This document shows positions 39,072 to 47,809 of a stretch of 64,000 bases of DNA, piece after piece. The notes beneath the pieces are model-generated. The model was not told where the DNA came from. It worked only from the letters and a program-made list of their open reading frames with translations, and did no database searches. This stretch comes from Bacillota bacterium (GTDB lineage Bacteria; Bacillota; Clostridia; Christensenellales; UBA3700). Every line of letters starts with the position of its first letter. Position 1 is the stretch's first letter. The translations under genes were made by a program, and so were the position numbers. The stretch covers positions 19,942-83,941 of the forward strand of contig JAEWXG010000012.1 in assembly GCA_023396095.1 (NCBI GenBank), read 5' to 3'.

Positions 39072-40163
39072 TTATTTTTTTATACTTTGCCCTAAAACGT
39101 CTGTTACTTCATTAATTGCAATAAAAGCATTCTTATCAACACTTAATACAATATCTTTCATCATAGCAATTTCAAATCTGTTAACAACATAATAGACAAT
39201 TTTCTTATTATTATTTTGAAAGTAACCACTGCCATTAATAATGGTAACTCCTCGACCTAGTCTTTCATTCAATGCTTTTGCTATTTCTAAACCATTGTCT
39301 GAAATAATCATTGCCGCTTTTGCCTTATCTAAACCTTCTACAACTCCGTCTATAACTTTACTTGCAATGACATATGCAAAAATTGACATTAATGCTGAAG
39401 TTAAATTAAACACAAATGCGGAAACAGATAATAACACTAAATTGTATGCCATGATAATTTGGCCTACAGAAAATCCTATTTTTTTCGACAACATAACAGC
39501 TGTTACTTCAACACCATCCAGTGTTCCACCCTGTCTTATTATTATTCCAGAACCTAAACCAGAAAACACTCCACCAAACATCGCGCATAATAACATTACA
39601 TAATCAGCTTTGAATAACTCTGTATCCAATGTAGACAATGCTTTTATTATTTTTACATCTAACTTTAAAACTGTTACTTCTATATACATGGCAAATGAAT
39701 AACAAATAACTGCATAAATTGAATATATTAAATAATTACGATTCAATTTTTTTGCAGCAAAAATAAAAAATGGCAAGTTCATAACAATCAATAATGTACT
39801 CATCGATACTTGTGGAAAAACCTTGTTTATAACTATTGCAGTACCGGACATTGACCCGTCAATTAACAATCCAGGCATTAAAAGACATCCTACCCCAAAA
39901 GCATTAATAAAACCTGCTATAAAAATAGTCAAAAATGTCTTTATGCTTAATGGTAAAATTTCTTGTAACTGAATTGTTTGCTGCTTATTAAAAAGAATAT
40001 CATATCTTCTTCTTTTTTGTTTATCATCAACAGTTTCAAATGTATTGTTTATGGAAACATTAACGATTTTAATATCGTTTATTTCACACTCTTTAATAAA
40101 CTCTTCCTCTGTATATTCTGCATCAGATTTACAAACAATTTCATAGTTATTTTTTTTGCTCAT
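39072..40163 (-). CDS. YitT-family membrane protein (DUF2179 C-terminal domain) with about 70-aa N-terminal extension
   Basis: 363 aa. Multi-TM core followed by a DUF2179-like soluble domain (GVTIINGSGYF...VVNRFE). Confidence 0.75.
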   Translation of the reverse strand: MSKKNNYEIVCKSDAEYTEEEFIKECEINDIKIVNVSINNTFETVDDKQKRRRYDILFNKQQTIQLQEILPLSIKTFLTIFIAGFINAFGVGCLLMPGLLIDGSMSGTAIVINKVFPQVSMSTLLIVMNLPFFIFAAKKLNRNYLIYSIYAVICYSFAMYIEVTVLKLDVKIIKALSTLDTELFKADYVMLLCAMFGGVFSGLGSGIIIRQGGTLDGVEVTAVMLSKKIGFSVGQIIMAYNLVLLSVSAFVFNLTSALMSIFAYVIASKVIDGVVEGLDKAKAAMIISDNGLEIAKALNERLGRGVTIINGSGYFQNNNKKIVYYVVNRFEIAMMKDIVLSVDKNAFIAINEVTDVLGQSIKK

Positions 40164-40226
40164 TGTATACCCTTTAATTTCTTTTTTATTATTATAGCAT
40201 CTAAATAGGTTTAAATATTATTATAT

Positions 40227-40259
40227 AAAAAAATGTTGTCAAAAAAGACAACATTTTTT
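40227..40259. terminator. Bidirectional terminator ending the feo operon
   Basis: ATGTTGTC-AAAAAA-GACAACAT stem flanked by A6 and T5 runs. Confidence 0.8.
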
Positions 40260-40292
40260 AAAAAAAAGAGGTATTTAGTTTGTTTTACTTGT

Positions 40293-40475
40293 TTATCTAT
40301 TTTCATTCTCATCTATTTTTACAGTTTCCTTGTTCTTTAAATAACAGCCAGAACATGAACTACAATTACCACCACAAGAATGTTTCCCTTTCTTTTTCCT
40401 TATAATAGCTGTTATGGTTGTAATTGCAAGAAATGCAATTACAAGTACTAAAATAACTATTTCTATAGGCCTCAT
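40293..40475 (-). CDS. FeoB-associated Cys-rich membrane protein
   Basis: 60 aa. One TM helix followed by CGGNCSSCSGC. Immediately downstream of feoB. Confidence 0.8.
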   Translation of the reverse strand: MRPIEIVILVLVIAFLAITTITAIIRKKKGKHSCGGNCSSCSGCYLKNKETVKIDENENR

Positions 40476-40480
40476 AAATC

Positions 40481-42766
40481 TTACTCCATATCGACAATAC
40501 TAGATCTTTTTTGAGATCTTCTCTTTCCTATAAAAGCAACTAAACCTACTACTACAAAACTAATCAATATTATCAATGACACAATTTGCAACCACTTTAA
40601 TGTCCCAACCCAGTAGACATATAAAGATATTATGTATGATGTTAAAAACCAGAATAACAATGCTGCCATTAAATGTCTTTTATTATTTAACTCACTTCTT
40701 GCTGCAGCAACAGCGGCTAAGCAAGGTATTGTTAGTAAATTAAATACCATAAAAGAGAATAACGCTGGAGCACTTAAACTTCCTAATAATATTGCAAACG
40801 CACTTCCTGCATCACCAGCAGCTTCTTCCCCATCAAAAGCATCTGCGTCCGAAGCTTCCCCGGAAATCGATGATGAAAACATTCCTAATGTAGAAACAAC
40901 AACTTCTTTTGCTAATAGTCCAGTAAATGCAGCAACAACAAACATCCATCCTTTTGCTGGTGCATTTGTAGGGTTCATAGCAAAGCCTAGTGGTACAAAT
41001 ATCCACCTGATGCCTTTACCAATATCTGCTAATATACTATCGTTTATTGTTTCAACCATTTTATATTCCCAATTGAAATTTGACAAAAACCATATAACAA
41101 TCGTTGATGCAGCAATAATTGTTGCAGCTTTATAAACATAATGTTTCATTTTATCCCATAAAAACACCATTGTATTTTTAAATTTTGGCATTCTATATTC
41201 TGGCAATTCAAGTATAAATGGAGGTGTTTCTCCTTTAAATATTGTTCTTTTTAAAATTATTGCAGCAATAATTGAAACAGCTATACCTATCAAATACATA
41301 GCAAATACAATTAACTCTGGTGCAGGAATTGTTGTTTTTCTCAATAAAATGATTGCAAATACTGACCAGATAGGCAACTTGGCACCGCAAGAGAAAAATG
41401 GTGTTAGCATAATAGTCAATCTTTTTTCTTTTGCATTTTCCAATGTTCTTGTTGCAAATATACCAGGAACAGCACAACCAAAACACATAATTAGTGGCAT
41501 AAACGCTTTTCCAGTAATTCCAAATCTTCTTAAAAGCTTGTCTAAAATAAATGAAACTCTTGCCATATACCCAGAATCTTCTAACAATGATAAGAAGAAG
41601 TACAAAAGCATAATTTGAGGAATAAACGAAAGGACTGCTCCTACACCTCCGATCAAGGCATCAACAACTAAACTAGATACCCATGGGGCTTGTGATGCAA
41701 GAGAATTTTTAGCCAATTCACTTAATGTTGCCATCAACCCCGGATAAAGACCTTCAACTCCATCTCCTACTAAAGTTTGCAAGAAAAATCCTAAAGATGG
41801 GATCCCAACCAAGTCATCTCCAACTTTAATTCCACCCTTCCAAATTGCTTTAATAAAGAATAAATCTTCAGAAAACGTAAAATGGAAAACAAATAACATA
41901 ACTAGCGCAAAGATAGGTAGTCCAAATATTCTACTAGTCAAAACCTTATCTATTTTATCTGAAATTTTGATATTTTTAGAACCACTACCTTTAATTACAT
42001 GTTTTGATAAGTTATTACTAATAAACTTATATCGCGCATCAGCAATAATAGCTTCAAAGTCATCTCCAAATAATTCATCTTGATGATTGCTTCTCAATAT
42101 TGCTAATGTTTCTTTTAATTCTTGGTGCACTTGCATTTCAACTTCATCATTTTCTAGCAATTTAATAGCATGAAATAATGAACACCCAACTTTCTTTTCA
42201 TCAAGTAGGGCCTTGACTTGTAAAACTAAAGGAAAATGTTTTGAGCCTTCTAGTAAACTTCTTTCTTTAATCCCTTCTTGTGATACTTCATTAACTTTTA
42301 ACATTAGGTCTTTAATGCCTTTATTTTTTAATGCACTAATCTCCACAACAGGGACTCCCATTTTCTTGCTAATTGCTTCAACATCAATAGACCCTTGTCT
42401 TTTTTCAACAACATCTATCATATTTAGCGCAATAACTAAAGGCACTCCTAATTCAATAAGTTGCGTACTTAAATACAAATTTCTTTCTAAATTGGTTGCA
42501 TCAACTATATTAATAATTGCATCTGGCTTTTCATCAATAATATAATTTCTTGTTATAATTTCTTCTGGTGTATATGGTGACAATGAGTAAATTCCAGGTA
42601 AATCAATAATATCAATTTTTAAATTTTCACTTTTACTTCTATACACCCCAACTTTCTTATCAATTGTAACACCTGGCCAGTTGCCTACGTGTGCAGTACT
42701 TCCTGTTAATAAATTAAATAAAGTTGTTTTTCCTGAATTTGGATTTCCAGCTAAAGCTACTCTCAT
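40481..42766 (-). CDS. feoB: Ferrous iron transporter FeoB
   Basis: 761 aa. N-terminal G domain (GNPNSGKTTLFN, DLPGIYS) and a polytopic membrane domain. Confidence 0.95.
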   Translation of the reverse strand: MRVALAGNPNSGKTTLFNLLTGSTAHVGNWPGVTIDKKVGVYRSKSENLKIDIIDLPGIYSLSPYTPEEIITRNYIIDEKPDAIINIVDATNLERNLYLSTQLIELGVPLVIALNMIDVVEKRQGSIDVEAISKKMGVPVVEISALKNKGIKDLMLKVNEVSQEGIKERSLLEGSKHFPLVLQVKALLDEKKVGCSLFHAIKLLENDEVEMQVHQELKETLAILRSNHQDELFGDDFEAIIADARYKFISNNLSKHVIKGSGSKNIKISDKIDKVLTSRIFGLPIFALVMLFVFHFTFSEDLFFIKAIWKGGIKVGDDLVGIPSLGFFLQTLVGDGVEGLYPGLMATLSELAKNSLASQAPWVSSLVVDALIGGVGAVLSFIPQIMLLYFFLSLLEDSGYMARVSFILDKLLRRFGITGKAFMPLIMCFGCAVPGIFATRTLENAKEKRLTIMLTPFFSCGAKLPIWSVFAIILLRKTTIPAPELIVFAMYLIGIAVSIIAAIILKRTIFKGETPPFILELPEYRMPKFKNTMVFLWDKMKHYVYKAATIIAASTIVIWFLSNFNWEYKMVETINDSILADIGKGIRWIFVPLGFAMNPTNAPAKGWMFVVAAFTGLLAKEVVVSTLGMFSSSISGEASDADAFDGEEAAGDAGSAFAILLGSLSAPALFSFMVFNLLTIPCLAAVAAARSELNNKRHLMAALLFWFLTSYIISLYVYWVGTLKWLQIVSLIILISFVVVGLVAFIGKRRSQKRSSIVDME

Positions 42767-42999
42767 TAATTATTCACCTCCACTAATACGCCTATTGCTT
42801 CCGATTTTCTAAGACTCAATTGATATCCTCTTAAAGTGATTTCAATAGGGTCTCCAAGTGGCGCTCTTTTAACCATTACTACGTCAGCACCAGGTGTTAT
42901 ACCCATATCAAATAATCTTCGCCTTATAGCACCTTCAACATTCAAACTTTTAACAATTCCTTTCTGCCCTAAAACCATATTAGATAATAAAACTTCCAT
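42766..42999 (-). CDS. feoA: FeoA-family protein
   Basis: 77 aa, SH3-like FeoA pattern (G..G.V..L......RRL.DMG..PG..V). The stop overlaps the feoB start (TAATG). Confidence 0.85.
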   Translation of the reverse strand: MEVLLSNMVLGQKGIVKSLNVEGAIRRRLFDMGITPGADVVMVKRAPLGDPIEITLRGYQLSLRKSEAIGVLVEVNN

Positions 43000-43008
43000 A
43001 AAACTCCT

Positions 43009-43227
43009 TTATTGTATTGCTACAAATATTTTCATTGCTAATTCTTTATTAATAGCTACTCTGCCATCCTTTATTTTTAATATTAAATCTCCTTTCGACG
43101 CAGACATTATGACAATTTTCTGTCCTGGTAAAACGCCCAGATTTTCCAAATGTTTTTTAATTTTATCTTCTGTTATTATTTTTATTATCTTTAATTCTGT
43201 TTCTAATGGTGCTAAGTTTAATGGCAT
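43009..43227 (-). CDS. feoA: FeoA-family protein (second copy)
   Basis: 72 aa, FeoA-like (LENLGVLPGQKIVIM). Confidence 0.8.
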   Translation of the reverse strand: MPLNLAPLETELKIIKIITEDKIKKHLENLGVLPGQKIVIMSASKGDLILKIKDGRVAINKELAMKIFVAIQ

Positions 43228-43596
43228 TTATTCTTCCTCCAATTTATTCTTGATAGCATTAAATGTCTCTTCACTTATCACATGTTCTATTTTGCAAGCA
43301 TCATTTTCTGCAATTTCAGCATTAACTCCTAGCACTTTGTTTATAAAGTCTGTCAATGTTTTATGTTTTTCTGCAACACTTTCAGCATGTATCTTTCCCA
43401 ATTGAGTAAAAGTTATATATCCATTTTCATCAATCTCTATAAATCCATTTTTCCTTAATATTGACATGCCTCTTGATATACTCGCTTTTGAATAACCAAG
43501 TTCATTTGCCACGTCTATTGAACGTACATTTTCCAACCTATACGAAAGGTGTAAAATCGTTTCCAAATACGTTTCTCCTGATTCATGAATATTCAT
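43228..43596 (-). CDS. DtxR/MntR-family metal-dependent repressor (N-terminal wHTH plus dimerisation domains only)
   Basis: 122 aa. ETYLETILHL...VRSIDVANELGYSKASISRGMSILRKNGFI is typical of the DtxR family. Confidence 0.85.
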   Translation of the reverse strand: MNIHESGETYLETILHLSYRLENVRSIDVANELGYSKASISRGMSILRKNGFIEIDENGYITFTQLGKIHAESVAEKHKTLTDFINKVLGVNAEIAENDACKIEHVISEETFNAIKNKLEEE

Positions 43597-43607
43597 ACTA
43601 ACCCTCT

Positions 43608-43663
43608 TTAGTTAACTATGGCTAACCACTTGTAAGTATACTATTGAAAAATATTGCTGTCAA
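43608..43663 (-). promoter_or_regulatory. feo operon promoter (TTGACA-17-TATACT) with a DtxR-box-like sequence just downstream
   Basis: -35 at 43663..43658 and -10 at 43640..43635. TGGTTAGCCATAGTTAACTAA (43628..43608, minus strand) partly resembles the TTAGGTTAGCCTAACCTAA consensus. Confidence 0.55.
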
Positions 43664-43763
43664 TAAAAATTAAACATGTTTAACATTTCTTTCTATTAAA
43701 ATTCTAAATTATTTTTACTAAAAAATCTGTTCTTATTACTTTTTAGTACAGCAATACACCATA

Positions 43764-43794
43764 AAAAAAGCAGTAAAACTTTACTGCTTTTTTT
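43764..43794. terminator. Bidirectional terminator downstream of mscL
   Basis: GCAGTAAA-ac-TTTACTGC stem flanked by A and T runs. Confidence 0.8.
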
Positions 43795-43878
43795 ATATTT
43801 CATTACAATCTTAATCAACCAAAACTCTTACGAGGAGAAACGCTCGTGTAAAATTTTAACTATTAATTTTTAAAGAGA

Positions 43879-44286
43879 CTATTCAGCTACCTTTTCTTCA
43901 GTTGCTTTGTCTGACTTCTCTATTTCTTTCTTATGTAATGGCTTTGAAATATTGTGCATTACATTTGATACCTTCATAGCAATCTTTAAAGCAACAAAAA
44001 TAGTTAATGCTATCAATAGGAAATTGATTACACTTTGTATAAAGTTCCCCCATTTCAAAATACTTGACACAGTATCTCCATGTTTTAACTCAGTTTCAAG
44101 TTTTGTCATATCAACCCTGAACATCCACCAAATTACTGGCATTATAATATCATCAACCAAGCTCTTTACAATTGCCTGAAAAGCAACACCCATAACAAAA
44201 GCAATCGCTAAATCAATAACATTTCCTTTGTTTATAAATTCTATGAATTCCTTAAAAAAACCCTTCTTTTTACCATCTTCACTCAT
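43879..44286 (-). CDS. mscL: Large-conductance mechanosensitive channel MscL
   Basis: 135 aa. FKEFIEFINKGNVIDLAIAFVMGVAF is the MscL TM1 signature. Confidence 0.92.
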   Translation of the reverse strand: MSEDGKKKGFFKEFIEFINKGNVIDLAIAFVMGVAFQAIVKSLVDDIIMPVIWWMFRVDMTKLETELKHGDTVSSILKWGNFIQSVINFLLIALTIFVALKIAMKVSNVMHNISKPLHKKEIEKSDKATEEKVAE

Positions 44287-44305
44287 TATATGTACCTCTT
44301 TTTAT

Positions 44306-45175
44306 TTATTTTTTTCTCTTCTTACCTAAAAAGAATACAGCTAAAGATTCAGCTCCAGCGTGTGATCCAACAACTTTATTTACATAACCAAACTTAAATT
44401 GTACATCCGGTATTGATCTTTGGATTTGTTCAGCAAACGCTTCTGCGTCTTCCAAGCAATCTCCATGCTCAATTAAAATGTACTCATTCATCTCAGGGAT
44501 ATAGCTTTCTTGAAGATATGAGATCATTTCACGCAATGCCTTTTTTCTTCCTACAACTTTCCCTACTGGCGTTATTTTACCTGCTACATTTAGCGATAAA
44601 ATTGGATTAATTTGTAAAATCTCGCCTACAAGTGCTTTCGCCAAACTTATTCTTCCACCTTTTGCTAAAAATGTTATATCTCTAATAATAAAATAGTGAT
44701 GCGTATTCAATCGATTATCATTAACCCATTGCTCAAGTTCTTCAATAGTTTTACCTCTTTGCTTCATTTTAAAAGCATAATAAACTAATAAACCCTCACC
44801 ACCGGCACCAGATAATGTATCAACAACTCTTATCTTATTACCTGGATATTCCTTTTCCAGATTGGTCGCCATACTATGAACATTTTCATAACTTCCTGAC
44901 ATTCCTGAAGAAAAAGAGAAATATATAATATCTAAATTTTTCTCTAAATATTCTCTGAAAATTTTCTCTACATAACTTACATTAATTTGAGAAGTTTTAG
45001 GAACTTTACCTTGCCTTAAAAGCTTATAGTATTCAACGATATCAATTGGATTAGTTTCATTATAAACTTTTGCATCAACAACACAAGGCATATTTAAAAT
45101 CACAACATCTTGTTCAAGATCAATGTCGATTGGTATACCGGCTGTCTCATCCGTTATTATTATATAATTTTTCAT
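44306..45175 (-). CDS. DegV-family fatty-acid-binding protein (FakB-like)
   Basis: 289 aa with full-length DegV-like pattern (IIITDETAGIP...; SGMSGSYEN; GGRIS). Confidence 0.85.
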   Translation of the reverse strand: MKNYIIITDETAGIPIDIDLEQDVVILNMPCVVDAKVYNETNPIDIVEYYKLLRQGKVPKTSQINVSYVEKIFREYLEKNLDIIYFSFSSGMSGSYENVHSMATNLEKEYPGNKIRVVDTLSGAGGEGLLVYYAFKMKQRGKTIEELEQWVNDNRLNTHHYFIIRDITFLAKGGRISLAKALVGEILQINPILSLNVAGKITPVGKVVGRKKALREMISYLQESYIPEMNEYILIEHGDCLEDAEAFAEQIQRSIPDVQFKFGYVNKVVGSHAGAESLAVFFLGKKRKK

Positions 45176-45177
45176 TT

Positions 45178-46437
45178 TTATCCCTTTTTAACTAAAACTT
45201 TCTTTAGCTTGGCAAATCTAGGCAAGCCATCCTCTAATGGGGCCTTTATATCACCTTGAATTAATGGTAAGGCATAATCAATAAATTCCTTTTTTAATGA
45301 TACCTTATCTTCACCAATCCAATCTTGCGGAATTTTCTTTTCTTCGTTTGCACTCTTTGATAAATTTAATGACTTCATAACAGATTTGTAATTGCCTTTA
45401 GAATCAGTTGTTCTTACAATGATTACCATTTTATCAGTTACCCCTCTTACAGCGAACTTAACTGCTGCTTGACCGGCTTTAAATGCTTCCATTACATCAA
45501 CTTTAGAGGCAATATGTGCACCACATCTTTGCATTAAACTAAATTCAATTCCACGTGTTTTGCAAGAGAATTTATTAGCACAAGCAGCTGATAACCCTGC
45601 TGCTAAACCACCTAATTGAGTATGTCCAAAGGAATCTTTTGCGCCCGCTGATGCTAATAATTCCATAACATATTTCCCCTCAGCTGTTTTAATGCCTTCC
45701 GAAACAGCAATAATGCACTTCCCTTTATTCTTATCCAAAACTTTTTGAACATCATCATAAAATTTTTCAAATGAAAATGGAACTTCCGGTAAATATATTA
45801 AATCTGGTCCCATGCCTTTTGCTGTTGCAAGACTAGATGCTGCAGTAAGCCAACCTGCATTTCTTCCCATAATTTCAATGACTGTAATAATTGGAGTATC
45901 ATAAACATTGGCGTCTAAGAAAATTTCCATGCATGTAGTTGCTACATATTTTGCAGCAGAACCATATCCCGGACAATGATCAGTTCCAAATAAATCATTA
46001 TCAATTGTTTTAGGTACACCTATTACACGGCACTCATATCCAACTTTTTTCATATACTTACTAATTTTGTTGCAAGTATCCATTGAATCATTTCCTCCAT
46101 TGTAGAAGAAATATCTGATATTATATTTTTTGAATACCTCTAACAACCTTTTATAATCCGTTTCATCAACTTTTACATCCTTTAATTTATATCTTACTGA
46201 ACCTAAAGCAGAAGATGGGGTGTATTTTAACAAATCCAATTCCTTTGCATCTTCTAAAGAAATATCATAGAATTCTTCATTCAAAATTCCTCTTACTCCA
46301 TGAGCAGCACCATATACCGCAGTAATACAATCTTGTTTTAACGCCTCTGTAAAAACCCCTGCCGCACTAGAATTAATAACCGATGTTGGTCCTCCAGATT
46401 GCCCAAAAATACAAGCTCCTACTAATTTTTCTTTCAT
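45178..46437 (-). CDS. pfp: Pyrophosphate-dependent phosphofructokinase (PPi-PFK)
   Basis: 419 aa. PFK fold with GGNDS (Asp in place of the ATP-type Gly) and PKTIDND (Lys in place of Gly), the established PPi-specificity signatures. Confidence 0.8.
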   Translation of the reverse strand: MKEKLVGACIFGQSGGPTSVINSSAAGVFTEALKQDCITAVYGAAHGVRGILNEEFYDISLEDAKELDLLKYTPSSALGSVRYKLKDVKVDETDYKRLLEVFKKYNIRYFFYNGGNDSMDTCNKISKYMKKVGYECRVIGVPKTIDNDLFGTDHCPGYGSAAKYVATTCMEIFLDANVYDTPIITVIEIMGRNAGWLTAASSLATAKGMGPDLIYLPEVPFSFEKFYDDVQKVLDKNKGKCIIAVSEGIKTAEGKYVMELLASAGAKDSFGHTQLGGLAAGLSAACANKFSCKTRGIEFSLMQRCGAHIASKVDVMEAFKAGQAAVKFAVRGVTDKMVIIVRTTDSKGNYKSVMKSLNLSKSANEEKKIPQDWIGEDKVSLKKEFIDYALPLIQGDIKAPLEDGLPRFAKLKKVLVKKG

Positions 46438-46450
46438 ATAACCTCCAAAT

Positions 46451-47410
46451 TTATAGACTTATTTGTCTAGCGTATTTATATAACTTTTTATCAAATTTGC
46501 GCTTTAAACTCAAAGCTTTTGTTGTATCCATATCTATAATTTTATTATTTTTGATTCCTACAACCCTATTAAATTTACCAGCTTTAACCAATTCTATTGC
46601 CCTAATACCAAATTGTGCCGCTAAATATCTATCTAAAGCAGATGGCGTTCCACCTCTTTGAATATGCCCCAATCTTGTTGTCCATACTTTAACACCAAGC
46701 TGCCTTGTAATTTCATTGTTTAAATATTCAGCTTGACAAAATCCTTCAGCCAAAACAATAATTTCAGAAGATTTCCCATTAGCACGATTCTCTTGTATTT
46801 GTGCAACAATTTTATTAATTGAACAAGGTATTTCTGGCACCAAAATAATTTCAGCACCACCTGCAATACCTGCTCTAAGTGCTAAATCCCCACAATGTCT
46901 CCCCATTACTTCCACAATACTTATTCTATCGTGAGAAATCATTGTATCTCGCAAATTATTTATTGCCCCAATAACTGTGTTTGATGCTGTATCAAAACCA
47001 ATTGTATAATCTGTATATTGCAAATCATTATCTATTGTCCCCGGAATACCAATACACTTGGCTCCACAAGTTCTATAAAAATCCTCTGCACCTCTAAATG
47101 TTCCATCTCCCCCAATAACAATTATTGCATCTATCCCTTGCTCTTGCATATTAGCATAAGCGGTCTTCATCCCTTCTAAAGTAATAAACTCATCACTTCT
47201 TGCAGTTTTTAATTTTGTACCACCACGTTGGATAATATCAGAAACATCTCTTCTTTGAAGTGGAACATATCTATTTTTAACTAGTCCATTGTACCCTCTA
47301 ACAATACCAACAACTTCCATTCCATTAGCAATAGCAGCCCTTGTTACAGCTCTAATCGCTGCGTTCATCCCAGGAGCATCGCCACCACTTGTTAAAACAC
47401 CGATTTTCAT
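46451..47410 (-). CDS. pfkA: ATP-dependent 6-phosphofructokinase
   Basis: 319 aa. Motifs MKIGVLTSGGDAPGMNAAIR, GGDGTFRGA and GIPGTIDNDL (Gly/Gly ATP-type). Confidence 0.93.
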   Translation of the reverse strand: MKIGVLTSGGDAPGMNAAIRAVTRAAIANGMEVVGIVRGYNGLVKNRYVPLQRRDVSDIIQRGGTKLKTARSDEFITLEGMKTAYANMQEQGIDAIIVIGGDGTFRGAEDFYRTCGAKCIGIPGTIDNDLQYTDYTIGFDTASNTVIGAINNLRDTMISHDRISIVEVMGRHCGDLALRAGIAGGAEIILVPEIPCSINKIVAQIQENRANGKSSEIIVLAEGFCQAEYLNNEITRQLGVKVWTTRLGHIQRGGTPSALDRYLAAQFGIRAIELVKAGKFNRVVGIKNNKIIDMDTTKALSLKRKFDKKLYKYARQISL

Positions 47411-47412
47411 AT

Positions 47413-47658
47413 TTATTTATCTCCCGACTTAATCATTCCAAATTTTGTATAAACTTCAACCTTTCCTCGAATCTTTACAGCCGAAGTCTTATCAGTAAAT
47501 TGTAAAAGTAATATTTCTCCGGGGTCTAAATTCTCAGTATGATGCGGCTTAGTTTGTGGTCCACGCGTCATACCAATAATTTGCGCTGGTCCATCTATAG
47601 CTTTAACAATAAAATAATCGTTTCCACACTCTTCAAAACATTTCTTTTCCTCGTCCAT
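47413..47658 (-). CDS. mtrB: trp RNA-binding attenuation protein (TRAP/MtrB) homologue
   Basis: 81 aa. The segment DYFIVKAIDGPAQIIGMTRGPQTKPHHTENLDPGEILLLQFTDKTSAVKIRGKVEVYTKFGMIKSG aligns by eye, roughly half identical, with B. subtilis MtrB as I recall it ([67 protein letters not shown]). Confidence 0.8.
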   Translation of the reverse strand: MDEEKKCFEECGNDYFIVKAIDGPAQIIGMTRGPQTKPHHTENLDPGEILLLQFTDKTSAVKIRGKVEVYTKFGMIKSGDK

Positions 47659-47809
47659 TCTAAAACTGTCTACTCCTATTCTCTCTTATTATATACTATA
47701 TTTTGGCATTACATAGCATTTTTATAAATTACCTACTCTAATTTTACCTACCTTGATATAAATAAAGTTCGATATGCTATTTAACCTCAACTAATTTTTC
47801 ACTAATTAA

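Noticed and set aside
39072-40225. Possible preQ1 riboswitch upstream of the yitT-queH pair, given that QueH is a queuosine-pathway enzyme.
   Set aside because: The ~60-nt upstream region is almost pure A/T. It lacks the conserved hairpin plus the ACCC...AAAAAACUA features of preQ1-I.
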